A DNA stretch of 64,000 nt from Mantamonas sphyraenae STR306. Its lineage: Eukaryota; Protista; CRuMs. Under the pieces are notes generated by a model. That model was not told the origin of the DNA. It saw only the letters and a list, made by a program, of their open reading frames with translations, and searched no databases. Shown here piece after piece: positions 44,551 to 56,810 of the stretch. The stretch spans positions 62,001 to 126,000 of the forward strand of contig JAPMXV010000024.1 of the NCBI GenBank assembly GCA_026936335.1, written 5' to 3'. The stretch's first letter is position 1. Every line of letters begins with the position of its first letter. Both the position numbers and the translations under genes were made by a program.

Positions 44551-47500
44551 ATGATGACCAGGTGCGCTTTCTCCCCCTTCCCCGCTACCCCCCCCCCCCC
44601 CCCCCCTCCAAACCCCCCACCCCATGACCGCCTGGACAACACTGGGTTGCATTCCTTTCGCCGTGAGCGCGAGGGAAAGTATCCTTGCACACACCTCCCG
44701 TATGCCACTTCCCATCCCACCACCTTGTACCCATATATATGACCAGTGCAAGGATTGTATGGGCGACACACCAGCCCCCACTGAACACCATGCTGGGTGT
44801 CGGGAGTTTTGGATTGCCCTGCAAACAAAATTTTCTAGTGCGCTTTTTTTCCTTCGTCGTCCTCTCGACCCTTCTCACTCTCCACATACACAGATCCATT
44901 GCAGTTGTTCTTCTCACTCTCTGCGTGCTGGTCTCTGCGGCGGTCGCCCTTCCCGAAACCGTTCTCGAACAAGTCACCGACGCCTCAGACGAGGTCATCC
45001 AAGTGCCCGCAAGCGTGAGCAAAGCCCAATTTTTCGACGAGGCTTCTTTCGTCGAGCCGCACGAGCTGGGCAATACCAACCAAGAGCTGAACGAAAGCGA
45101 CTTTGAGCCATTGCAAGGCCTGCTTGGTGACATTGAGGCGCTCAAGACCCCAAAGGCCGTCCGTACCTTTGTGCGTGGGCCGGTGGTTGTGCACCCCGAC
45201 TACCTGGCGATTCGCGAGTCACACCGCTCCCACCTGCAGATGCTGGTCAAGCCGGTCAACGAGCTCGACAACCAGATGTCGCTCAAGGCTCTGCGCCGGC
45301 AAGCGCACCATGCGGTCCGGGAAGCCACCGGGCAAAAGCCTGATTTGCGCGACGAAGTGCTCAACGACTTTGACGACGAAACCATCCGTCTGCACGCAAA
45401 GAGCATGGCCCAACTGGCCCAACAGGGGCTCATCCCCTCTGGATTTGCCACAGACGGCGCCTTTACGGCCACCTGCGAGTTTATGCGTGCTCACAACGCG
45501 ATTCATGTGGGTTCGCGCTTCAGCTCGCCAAGCGGCATCTTCAAGGTGACGAACATCCAGGCCCCGCTCGGATCACCAGCGTGGACAAAGGGTAGCAACC
45601 TCACGTGCACCCAGCACTCGCTGCCATACCATCTGTTGTGCGCCAATGCAGAGCTGGAGGACGTCGTTCAGGACGCCATGGTGCAGGCTGAGCTGACGCA
45701 GCTGCCCGGAAACGTGTACGACGAACTCCAGGGCAAGGTGGTCGACCAGTCGGTGGCCGCTCAAGTGCAGCGTGACCTCAAGCGCACCATTGTCATGCAG
45801 CGCGAGTCTGCTCGCGCTGCCATGGCCGCAAACTACGACGAGCACACGCAATCGTCCCTGAAGGACATGGCCGATGCCGTGTGGCGACTTGCCAGCAATC
45901 GCATGTCCAACCTTGGCCTGGGCCAGCACCGAGAGGTGCACGAAGCCACCAAGGACCTGCGGGACAACATTGTGCAGGACACGGCGGAGCTGTTTGACAA
46001 TCTCAAAGACACCCTGCTGGACGACGTGCACGAGTTGCATGACGACATTGCGGACAACCCGGACAACGTGGACAGCGAGGATGCCCAGGTGCACCCTGAG
46101 CTCCAGGCCCTCGTAGATCTCCACGACGACGAGTCGGCGACTGGCGACGTCGTGGACGACGATGACATGTATGCCAACTCTCTACCGCAGTCGGGGGACG
46201 ACTACGACGATGAGGAGCAGGATGATGATGAGGAGGAGGAGGAGGAGGAGGAGGCAGACGAGGAAGAAGAAGACGTCACCAGCTCGGGCGAAGAACTCCA
46301 GGACCAGAACCGGGACACGTGGGGCAGAGCCAGACGCTGGGTCAGAAGGGCCGTCCGCACAGTCCAGCGAGGGCTCAACAGGGTCGCTCGTGCCATGCAA
46401 AAGGCGTGGAGCGCCATCAAACGGTTTGCCCGTCGCGCAGTCAACACAATCCGCCGCGCAGTCTCCAACATGGTCAACGCCATCAAGCGTGTCGCCAATC
46501 GCGCATGGAGCGCCATCAGGCGCGTGGCCAACAAAGTGGCCAAGGATTTCAAGCGCTTCGGCAAGCAGATTGCCAAGAGCGTGAAGAAGTTTGCTGGTGC
46601 TGTGGCCAAGGTTGCCAAGAAGGTTGGCAAGGCCGTCGTGGCAACCGTGAAGAAGATCGGCAAGGCCGTGGTCGCCGTAGGCAAGCAGATCTACAAGGTA
46701 GGCAAGATGCTGTACAAGCTGGGCAAGTTCTTGGTCGCCATGAGCACTGGCACGGCCAAGTACAACGAGTCGTTCTCGTTCGGCTTCAAGAAGAAGCTGA
46801 CCGACGTGGACATCATCAACACGGCCGAGGATCCACTGGATGCACTCAAGGCAAAGGCCATGGAGAAGTTTGAGGACAAGCGCACGGGCACCACAAAGGC
46901 CCAGCGAGAAAAGATGGCCGAGGACAAGAAGAAGGAAGCTGCCAGGAAGAAGAAGGAAAAGGAGATTGCCAAGAAGAAAGCACAAGCGGAAAAGGACCGC
47001 AAGGCCGGCAAGAAACCGAAGCGACTCACAAAGGCGCAGAAGCGTGCTGCCAAGAAGAAAAAGGCTGCTGCAGCCAAGAAGAAAAAGGCAGATGCGGCCA
47101 AGAAGAAGAAGAAGAAGAAGATCGATATCAAGCTGAACGTGCTGGTCCGTGCGCTGACGTTTGAGATCATTGTGATGCCCAAGCTGGTGGTGGGCATCCA
47201 CATCCGCAAGTACGTTCCTCAGTCTGTCAAAATGGAGCTGCGAGCCCATTTCAAGATTGACGCCAAGCTGTTGGTACAGCTCACTGCCGAGTGGACCAAG
47301 GAAAAGGACAAGAAAGTGTGGGAGAAGACGGTGAAGCGATTCAAGTTCTCTTTGGGGCCGATTCCGATCTGGATTGCCGTCAAGGCACAGGTGTATCTGG
47401 GTGTGAGCATCACCATCCGCGCCGGCATGCAATTCAACATCGGTGGACTGTACGAGCTCAAGATGACGCTTGGAGCGCACTGCGCCAAGACGCCCGACCC

Positions 47501-50333
47501 AAAGACGGGCAAGAAGAAGTTCAAGTGCAGGATGAAAAAGAGCACCAAGGAGAATCAGAAGTTCATCAAACCCAGTGGGTTCCGTCCATGTGGCTCCATC
47601 GAAGTGGAGGTGTTCTTCCGCCCACAACTGGCGCTGCATGTGTACGACGTCTCAGGCCCGGCATTTGGCATCGAACCGTACCTGAAACTGGTGTTCCAGC
47701 CCCAGGGTGCCACGGAGTGTGTTGCGCCCAATCCATCCAACGAGATCTTGACGCGCTCGACCGAGACGCCCGCCGCAGCAAACGAAAAGGCAGGAGGCAA
47801 CAAGTTGACCCTCTTTCTCGGACTACGTCTGAAGTTGACTTTTCAGGTGACCATTGCGGGAAAGGAGCTGGTGGACGAGGCATTCCCCTTGTGGGAGATG
47901 CCGGAGATCAAGCTGTTTTCGTTCGAGCTGAAGATTCCCTCGCTGTCCAAGCTGAAATCGATGGCCAAGAAGATGGGCAAAGCGATCAAGAAGGCCAGTG
48001 TGCAGGACGACGACAACCTGGAGAGGCTGATTGTGCGCCCTGCACACACGATGACACTCGCCGAACTGGCGGCGCTGCCAGAGACGCGCAACCCACGGCT
48101 CATCGTCAACTGGTGGCCAGGACAGCGCACGGACCTGCGTGAGCGCACTGTGCAACAGATGCGTGACGAGGCGGATTTGGAGCATCAGGACGACGAGCTG
48201 GCGGACAAAATGGCCTCGGAGATCACGGGCAACAAGCGCACAGTGGACGTGGCCGACTCGGACGCGGACGCCGCGTGGCGCAAAACGCTGGACTGGCATG
48301 CGTACCAGCACCGCAAGTTGACCATGGAGCTTCAGGCTGAGCACCGCAAGCATGGGCACCAGATGCGCGAGTGGCATCGGTACTGGAACAGGATGTACCG
48401 CGTGTGGAAACCAAAGTACGAGGACTACAAACGGCGGATCCACTCGACGGAGCACCGTTACAACCAGCTGCATCGGCACCTCCGCCACTTGCACCACCGG
48501 GTGCACCACCTGAACGGCAAACTTCATCAGCTGCGACACGCAAGGCACATGTACCAAATGTTGGTTGCCCGAGGACATCATCAATTTGTGGGAGTTCTGC
48601 ACCATGCGCATCGTTTGCTGAACTCTGTGCACCACCAGCTGCACGCAGTGCGCCGGGACATTGCGCACACTCGCCACAGGATCAACCAGGCACAGCGTCA
48701 CCTGCACAGCCTCAGGACCCTGCGCAACCACATGCGACATCTGCTGCAGAGGCGCCACAACATGGCCACGTATCTGTTTCACCGCTACAAGCACATTGTG
48801 GCCCGACTTGTTCACCGTCGCCGCCATGAGCTGCACCGCCTGAACCTGGCCCGTCTGAGATGGGACAATGCGCACCTCGTCGCATCCAACACGAAGCTGG
48901 AGCGCTACGAGCAGCACGTGGTCAAGCGCCGCCGACGCGAATTGTCCCAGGCGAAACACAAACTGCGTGTGGCATGGTCGCACTACAACCATATCAACCA
49001 CCAGGTACGCGTGTACTATCAGCGTGCAGAACACGCACATCGCGTGATGATGCACTACCGCCACCGCTACAACAGCACGAGGCATCGTTTGCACCAGATG
49101 TACGGGTTGCGCCACCATGCGCATCAGATGATCCGCTTGGGCCACCGTCTGGGACACCGTGGGGGCCATTTCGTACATCATGGAAGGGCGTTGCTACGCC
49201 GTGTCAACCCCCAGATTGCACACCTGGAGAGGCATCAGCGCCACATGCATCACAAAATGCAACACTACAGGCGTCTCAAGCACCAGCTGTGGCGTGGCTT
49301 CCACCACCGTTTGCACCTCCGAAAACCGCGTCGGCGCGCTCTGGAACATTGGAAGCGCCGTGTGAGCTGGTTCGAAGAGTCGATCCGCTACCACCAACGC
49401 CGGGTGCGCCATGCGCGTATGGAGGCGCGCTTTGCACGCGCTCGCATCCAGATGGAGAAGCACCATGCGCATCTGCGACGAACCCTGCGGACCCGTGCAC
49501 ACGCCCTGCGTCTGGCCCGCTTCCAGTACTTCCGATGGAAGAATCGCCACAACGAGCACCGCGTCAACGTAGCTCTGGACCGGTTCCGCTTGGCGCAGGC
49601 CAGGACCATGGGCCGCGAGGAAGTGCTGTACCGCATTGCTTCTGTGACGGCGCGCTACCGAACGCAGAACGCAAAGATGGTTGCCACACAACACCGCATC
49701 AGGCGTTTGCGATCGAACGCGGCAGCAGAAACGCGTGCTGCACAGCATTGCCTGCGGGAAATGGATCGGCACCAGCACCATAGGCATGCAAAGCAGATCA
49801 TCGCGTTCTGGCGGCCTCGGTACAGGAACCATTCGAACAGGGCACTGCACATGAACAACCAACTCAACGACGAGATCAACAGGCTCGGCCGTGAAGAGCG
49901 CGCGCTGGACGGATACAGGCATACGCTCAACATCCTCAACTCTGCCGGACGTGTCGCCATTCAGGACGCGGAGAAGGTCAAGGTGAAGAAGCAGCTGTTG
50001 GCCATGCTGGCGCAACCCGCGGTGCGCAAGCTGCGCCACGAGGCCCGCAAAGCGCGCATCATGCGCAAATCGGCTCTGCGCAACCTGCATCGTGTGATCC
50101 GTGCCGAGACCATGCCCCGTGCCTACCGCGCGATCATCCTGAAGGAGATCCGGGAGGTTCTCGTCACCACCAGGCATGCCCTGGATCAGGACTTTCTCCT
50201 GAACCAAAGAATCATCGAGATTGCACGTCAGGGTGGTGTGCACGCGAACAGCTTCCTGTCTGCGTCGCGCACGCATCCAGAGGCAATGCGACGAATGGAT
50301 GATCGGGAGCTGCGCAGGGCTGCGAGGCGTTGA
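44551..50333 (+). CDS. Giant secreted protein (~1816 aa) with acidic, amphipathic cationic 11-mer, beta-rich and His/Arg-rich helical regions; join(44551..44561,44894..50333)
   Basis: Micro-exon ATGATGACCAG|GTGCGC spliced to CACAG|A gives the signal peptide MMTRSIAVVLLTLCVLVSAAVA. The intron has the C-run seen in other introns here. 5.4-kb uninterrupted ORF. Confidence 0.8.
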
Positions 50334-50677
50334 GAGTGCCTGCGCAGAGGTTCACGTACTTTGCAGGTGAGCTTCATTATTGGCTGCACCCGTATTTGTT
50401 GTTGTGGTCAGCGTGGCTGCCTGTGTGCACAGACCGCTGCCAGGCGTCGCTTGCGTGCTTGATTGCCACCAGCTGGCTGCGATGACTGGTCCTCAGGCAG
50501 CCGTACCCAGCCAGAACATGACCCTCGCCAACACCTCGTCAGGTAGGTGGGACTCAGAGCATGCTGAGCGGTCGCGTGGAGGAGGGCCGATGACGGGGTG
50601 TGGCAGGCATGGATCTGGTGCCATGGCGGGATTGTGCGTGGTTCATCATCAGGAACACAGTGAATCCGTTGACTGGT

Positions 50678-52729
50678 CTATGGTGTGGGCACAATGGTCA
50701 TCTTGGAAGTGTGGCAGCTGAAAGCAGGGTACCACGTGTCGTCGCCAATGTTGTCGATGGTGACGTCGACATTCCCATTGCGGGAGAAGGTCAGTGTGTG
50801 GGCTGTGGTGTCCACCTCCACCGTCACAATGTCGCCTTGGTTGTAGTGCGTGTTGACGCTCGTGTAGCTTCCATTTCTCCGCGTCTGTCCACTTGAGGCG
50901 CACGAATACCAGCTGTAGCTTCCCCGCATGCCTCCTGTGGGCCATGTGGTGTCAGTACTCGGTGTATGGTGTCTCTGGGATGTGGTGACTTACCAACTGC
51001 TTTGCTTCTGAGATCACAGGAGCTGTTGCAGATTCCGATCGCGCTGAAGTTCAATCGGTCCACTCGCACGCTCCATCGCTGTCCCGAGCGCAGCTGCTTC
51101 TTGCCAACCCATGTTGTATAACTCCCTCCAGTCACATCCAGGCTGTTCTCCGTGAATGTTCCTCGGCTTTTGTCGACCCGGTCCCAGTCCAGACTCGGGA
51201 TGATCTCTCCTCCAAATTCTCGTTTCTTGCTATTGACTGGTTCCTGACCTCTCGTGCATCGCAGGGCATCTAGCAGACCATCCACCAACACCTCCAAGTC
51301 CACATACCGCGTGTCCCACTCTCCATCCACCTTCATCCTTTCCAGACGTTCCGGACTCAGCAAACCAAACCGCACACAACCATACATCCGCCGTTCCCAC
51401 CCTCCCTCCTCCCCCTCCCCATCATGATCCTCCACATATCTCTCCACAATCTCCAGCACATCGTCCTCACTCCTCACATCGATCCCATCGGCACTCAGAA
51501 TCAGCTCGGCCACCCACACCGGCAGCCCGCTCAGGTTCACACGCCCATCCTCCCGAATGTCATCCAGCTTCCCTGCAATTGTCACACACAATCCTCTCAC
51601 CACATCCTCACTCGCACCTTTCGTCAGTGCCACCTTCAGCAAACCCATGTCCTCGTGATGCTTCACGCCGTCCAACAATCCACTCAAGTACTCCACCTCC
51701 TCCGCCTCCACCATCTCCTCCACATCCACACTGTCCAAATACCCACCCACCACCCGTGCCAGCTTCCTCTTGTCCACTCTCTTCTCCCCATGCTGCTCCA
51801 ACGCCACCTTGACCATTGCCACAAACACACAGCCCCGCATAAACGCAAACGCCCCACGTGCCACCTTGCCACCACTCACCGCATCTGCCACCTTGCTCCA
51901 CTCCATTGCCACCCGCAACACACTTGCATGGTACACATTGGAGTGCACCACCTCGGCGACGCCCATGGCCCCCACGCGACTGCCCCCACGACACATCCTC
52001 ACCAGTGTCTCTGCATCATGCTCCTGTCCCACCCACTGCATCACATGCTCCGTCAGCATGGGCATCAGCCAGAACTGTGCCACGGCCAACAGACTGTAAC
52101 ACAGCTCCACGTTGGTCACAGGCAGGGTACCGCCGTAGCACCACCCTACCGCCACTTCCATTGCACGCAACACACCCACACTCTGTGTGCCCCGCTTCAC
52201 CACCATTCGAAACATCCCTCCTCCCTGTCCATCCTCCCCGCTGTGTTCCAACACCGCTGCCCCCGACGACGCTGCTGCCCCGTCCTCAACCTCCAGCAGA
52301 TACCGCCACATTCCGCTGTGCAGACACAGAAACGAACGGTGTGCACGAAGCACCACATCCTTTCCTCCCAGATCGTCTCCATCTGGTGTCCCGTCATTGT
52401 CCATTCGCTGGTGTGAGCGTGGTTCAATCTCTTCCTTCCGCCACTGCCAACCACTCACCCGCTCCATCCAGTCCTTCCAGCACAATCTCCACATCGGCAC
52501 ACAGGCCACTCTTGTACATGTCATGATACAGCGTGCGCACTGCCGGCGATGTGTCGGGTCCTGCCTTGCCCTGCAGCGGCGAAAGAGGGCCGTACGCCTT
52601 TGTGCGCTCCGACTGCAGGTAATGGTCAGGTCCATCGGTGGACAGACCATGCGCACTGCCCATCCCATGGTTGGTGTTGCTGCTGCTGCCTGCCTTGCCC
52701 TTGCCCTTGCCCCGTGCGATTGTGCTCAT
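50678..52729 (-). CDS. BTB-BACK-SPRY protein (Cul3 adaptor-like); introns 52383..52458 and 50935..50993
   Basis: BTB: LCADVEIVL..VVLRAHRSFLCLHSGMW..WCYGG..LLAVAQFWLMPML. BACK: LSGLP..ILSADGIDVRSEDDVLE..CVRFGLLS. SPRY: WSVRVD..AIGIC..YNQGDIVTVEVDTTAHTLTFSRNG..WYPAFS. Splice sites join the three ORF pieces in phase. Confidence 0.85.
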
Positions 52730-53377
52730 TGGTCCCCCACTCTGTGTGTGTGTTTCGTGTTGTTGTGTCACACCCGTCGCATGGCACACCCCATCCATCA
52801 ACCACCACCAAGAACGCAGATCTGGCATGGGCAGTGGCGGTGGAATTGCCTTTGTTCACTCGATTGACAATGTGCAAGCAAAGGGGGTCGACACCACACC
52901 TTTCTTCCTCGGACGCAGCAAGAGAGTATGAAGTGGCCGTGCCATGCTTGTAATATGTTGTTCTGGTGGTGCACATGCTCCAACCTGTGTCGGACAACGT
53001 GAGGGAAACGGCATGAGGCGGGTTCAATCAAACAAAGATCCGAAGGGCCGGGCCATGGCCGAGCGTTGGGGTTCGGACTTTGCAGGGAAACAGCGATTGG
53101 ATTAGATTCCATGCTGTTGCGATGGTTCCCCACTTTTGTTGAATCGCTGGCTTTGGTAGTCTTCATGTGTTGGAGTGATTCAGAACGGAGCCATCCAGCG
53201 CAAACAAGGTGCTCCCTGAGATGCTGAGAAGCAGCAGCGAATGCATGTGTGAGCTTGATTGTGGATCCTATGTGGATTCAGTGCTGGGATCGATCGTTGT
53301 GGTGTTGGGACGTGGTGCCAGCTCGGGCTTTGCCAAAGCAAACCCACGTTCAAGGCCACCACTGTGGACACACATTC

Positions 53378-56300
53378 ATGTCACGAAAGCGTCCCACGGT
53401 GGATGGAGAGGAGGAGGATGTGGCTGATGAGGAAGAGAAGCCGTCTGTTGACACCCCTGCGCCCAAACGTCAGCGGGTAGCCAAGATGCGCGCGGTGGCA
53501 AAGCTCGCCAGCCACACAGACGACATGACGGTGGACGACACACAGACAAGCAGGTAGGAAGCCCTGTCGCCACCCATTCTTCCCCACTCCACCCTTTATC
53601 TGTGCTGACATGGCCATGGGTGTGCTGTGTGTTTCTGACAGGTCGGCATCCGGCGACCACCAGCAGCAGCTGGGTGACGCAGCACAGAGCACTACGTCAC
53701 GCCGCCCCCTTCCCCAGAGAACACCACCCTCTCGCATGGAGACACTGCTGTCACAGGTGCCAGTGGAGGTGTGGGAGCGTGTGGTGCCTCGGTTGGACGC
53801 GGGTGGTGCCCTTGCCCTCTTCTCCATCAACACACACATGGTGGACATGGGCGACCTGTACCAAGTGGACAACCAACCACTGAGGAGCACTCTTGTGTCC
53901 ACGCTGGGCAAGATTGGCGGTGTGGTGGTCAAGTTTGGCGACAAACGGCACCGGGTGCCGCGGCTGAACCGGCTCTACCTGAACCGGACCCTGTTTGAGC
54001 TGTTTGGGGAGAACAGTGTGCCTGAGCGCATGCATGCAAAGGAACTGCCATCTTTGTGTGGACGCTCACTGCCTGTGCTGTACTGTGTGCTGCGGCGAAC
54101 AACACTGAGCGAAAGTTGGGAGGACGACGGCGACCACTACTTCACCCTGCTGGGCGCTGTCGATAGATGCCTGCCTTTCCAAGAGGCAATAGTAGGTGTA
54201 ATGTCGGCAGCTGGTGCCCCGGAGTATGTCGTGGAAGACATTGACAGTGATTCCGATTCGGGTGAGTTCGGGAACACCGTGTGGGGCAATGTGTGCGTGG
54301 GTGAAGCGGACTCAAAGGGACGAACACTGGCAGACGTGCCACTTTCCAACATCGTTGCACACGTAAAGCGTGTCACGAAAGAAGGGGGTGGGCAGGTGTG
54401 GCACACCGCTTCCGCATTGACGCAGGTGTTTGTGGGACACGGCCTTGCCGGTGTGAAGGAAGCAATGGCAGTGGGACTGAGCGGGTGTGAACGCATGCTT
54501 GCCTGCATTGCAGAAATGTTGCCAGAGGCCGAGTGGCCAAAGGCGTTGCAAGCAGTCTGTGAGTCGGAGAAGAACTTGACTCTGTTGCGGGAGTTGGCAA
54601 ATGTTCTGGACAACCGTGCACTTGTTTCATGTGTGCTTTCCACGCTACCCATGGACACTCTGGTCGTGAATGCACCAGCCGATGCACTGCACAACGCACT
54701 CGTCCTGGTGAAGGGTGAGGAGACGGCCATGGCCACACTTGTCGAACACGCCACGCTGCTCTTCGAGGCTGCACAGCAGTATCGGGCAACGGCACAGTGG
54801 ATTGCCAGCACACCTGAAATCGTGTCACAACTGGACAACGATGCTGTGGTACAGCTGTACCGAATGTATTATCTGCAGCAGCTTCTGGCTGTTCTGGTGG
54901 AACGGGAGGCGTGGAAGGAAGTCATTGACATGGCCAGACCAGGGGATTTGACGGAAGTGCTTGACAAGAATGGCATGGTACTTCCGCACGAGCTTGTCCT
55001 GCCATTTCTCAAGTGTGCCACAGGAGTCGAAGCTACCACCACCGTGGAGTGGGTGCTGGTCCACCACGGGGAACAGCTGGATGATGACACTGTATCGGAC
55101 GTGTACAAGGCATGCCCACACAAGGAACCCATTCGTGTGCTGGTGGAACGGAAGGCATGGGAGATGGTTGTTGACATAGCCAGACCTAGTGATCTGAGGG
55201 CGGCCCTTGACAGCAAGGGCATGGTCCTTCCGCAGGAGCATGTGCTGCCATTTCTCGAGCGTGCACGAGGAGGTTCTTCCAAGGAAGCAAGTGCCGCCGT
55301 GGAGTGGGTGCTGGTCCACCACGAGGAACAGCTGGATGACGACACTGTGGCGGAACTGTACAAGAAACATCGACACAAGGAAGCCATTCGTCTGCTGGTG
55401 GAACGGAGGGCATGGGAGATGGTTATTGACATAGCCAGACCTAGTGATCTGAGGGCGGCCCTTGACAGCAAGGGCATGGTCCTTCCGCAAGAGCACGTGA
55501 TGACATTCATCAAGCGTGCCCGAAAGGATCCAACCATTCATCATCGTGAACGCATTGGTGCTGTGCGGTGGGCGGTGGAGCAACACACGGCGCAACTGGG
55601 GCTCGAGACCGTGCTCGAGTGCTACAGGTGTGACCATGACCAATGGCTGTTGCCAGTGTTGTTGTCCAAGGACAACTTCGAGGATGACGACAGGGCATTG
55701 TGGGTGCCATACGAGCTGAAGGAGAACACGTGGGCCGAAGCCATTCGCGTAAGCTTGCAAGAACGCTGGCAACAGCAGGTGCATCGATGTGTGAGCGTGT
55801 GCAGAGAGATTGGGGCTGAGGCGTTTGTGGAATACGTGCGGCAGTGGATGAGCAGAACAGTGGGGAAAGAACCCTGCAACGACTCGGAGGTGATGGCAGT
55901 GGCCATGGAGGGGCTGGAGAACGCGGATTTGGTGAAGGTGGGCAAGCTCGTGAACGCGGAAGAGCTGGAGACAGGACGGTGGTCGAAGGAACTGGCCACA
56001 GAGGCTTGGTGGATGCAACTGCTGGACGATGGGTTTCCTCTGAACGTACTGGGCATCATAATCCCTCGAATCGACGGCTCCTTTGATTACAGTGAAGAGC
56101 TGCAGTGGCGCATCGTCCGTGGGCTCATTGAGCAAGGAATGAGTCTCGTTTTGAGCTCGTTCTTGAAGAGAAGCAGCAAGCTGGACCTTGCGAAGGACGT
56201 TTATCCGTATCTGTACGAGTTGGACAGCTCGACCGCACTCGAGAAGCTGCATGAAATCCGCATGTGCGTGGACAACGAGGTGTTGCTTGCGCTTCTGCAG

Positions 56301-56729
56301 CAGTACAAGGATCCGCAGGTCCTGGAGAGATTGATATCGCGCATCCCGTTTATGTTGGTGACAAAAGGGATGTACCAGGCCTTGGGAGGAGAGAACTTTG
56401 GTGTGCGGACGCAGAAGAGGTGGGACAAAGTGGAGAAAGTTCGCCAGGAGTGCCATGCACAACGGGGACACTGGGGCGAATGGGCTCTCGATGTTCTGTC
56501 ATGGGGTGGTTCTGTTGATACGCTCATCCCTTGTCAAGTGCTGTTGGAGTGTGGGTACGAGTTTGGGGAGCAGGACTGGACGGACGATGTAAGCGAGGAA
56601 GGAGCCAACTTTTTGGCGTCTCTGGGGATCAGAGTGTCTGGCAGAGCATATAGCAGCGCAGCACATCGTGATGAGCAGACAGAGGAACTGAAAAGGCTGA
56701 GGGAAGTGTACAGTGCGTTTGAAAAGTAG
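53378..56729 (+). CDS. F-box-like protein with ~85-aa helical repeats; join(53378..53553,53642..56729)
   Basis: Exon 1 has NLS-like MSRKRP..PAPKRQR; phase-2 intron GTAGGA..GACAG. F-box-like LLSQVPVEVWERVVPRLDAGGALALFSIN. 3+ repeats (WVLVHH.EQLDDDTV..LVER.AWEMV.DIARPSDLRAALDSKGMVLPQEHV). Confidence 0.65.
54795..55660 (+). repeat. Intragenic ~255-bp tandem repeat (3.4 units)
   Basis: GAGTGGGTGCTGGTCCACCAC recurs at ~55047 and ~55302; diverged units flank them. Confidence 0.85.
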
Positions 56730-56740
56730 CATGCAAGCAG

Positions 56741-56810
56741 AGCTCACAAGCCACACCGACAGCATGACGGTGGACGAAGCACGGCCCAGCATGTAAGAAG
56801 CCCTGCCGCA
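56741..56810 (+). pseudogene. Diverged duplicate of the exon-1 end and splice donor of the F-box gene
   Basis: agctcacaagccacaccgacagcatgacggtggacgaagcacggcccagcatgtaagaagccctgccgc vs agctcgccagccacacagacgacatgacggtggacgacacacagacaagcaggtaggaagccctgtcgc (53502-53570). Confidence 0.65.

Noticed and set aside
44685-44893. ORF-track start for the 1882-aa protein
   Set aside because: Lies within a probable intron; the micro-exon at 44551 gives a cleaner signal peptide.
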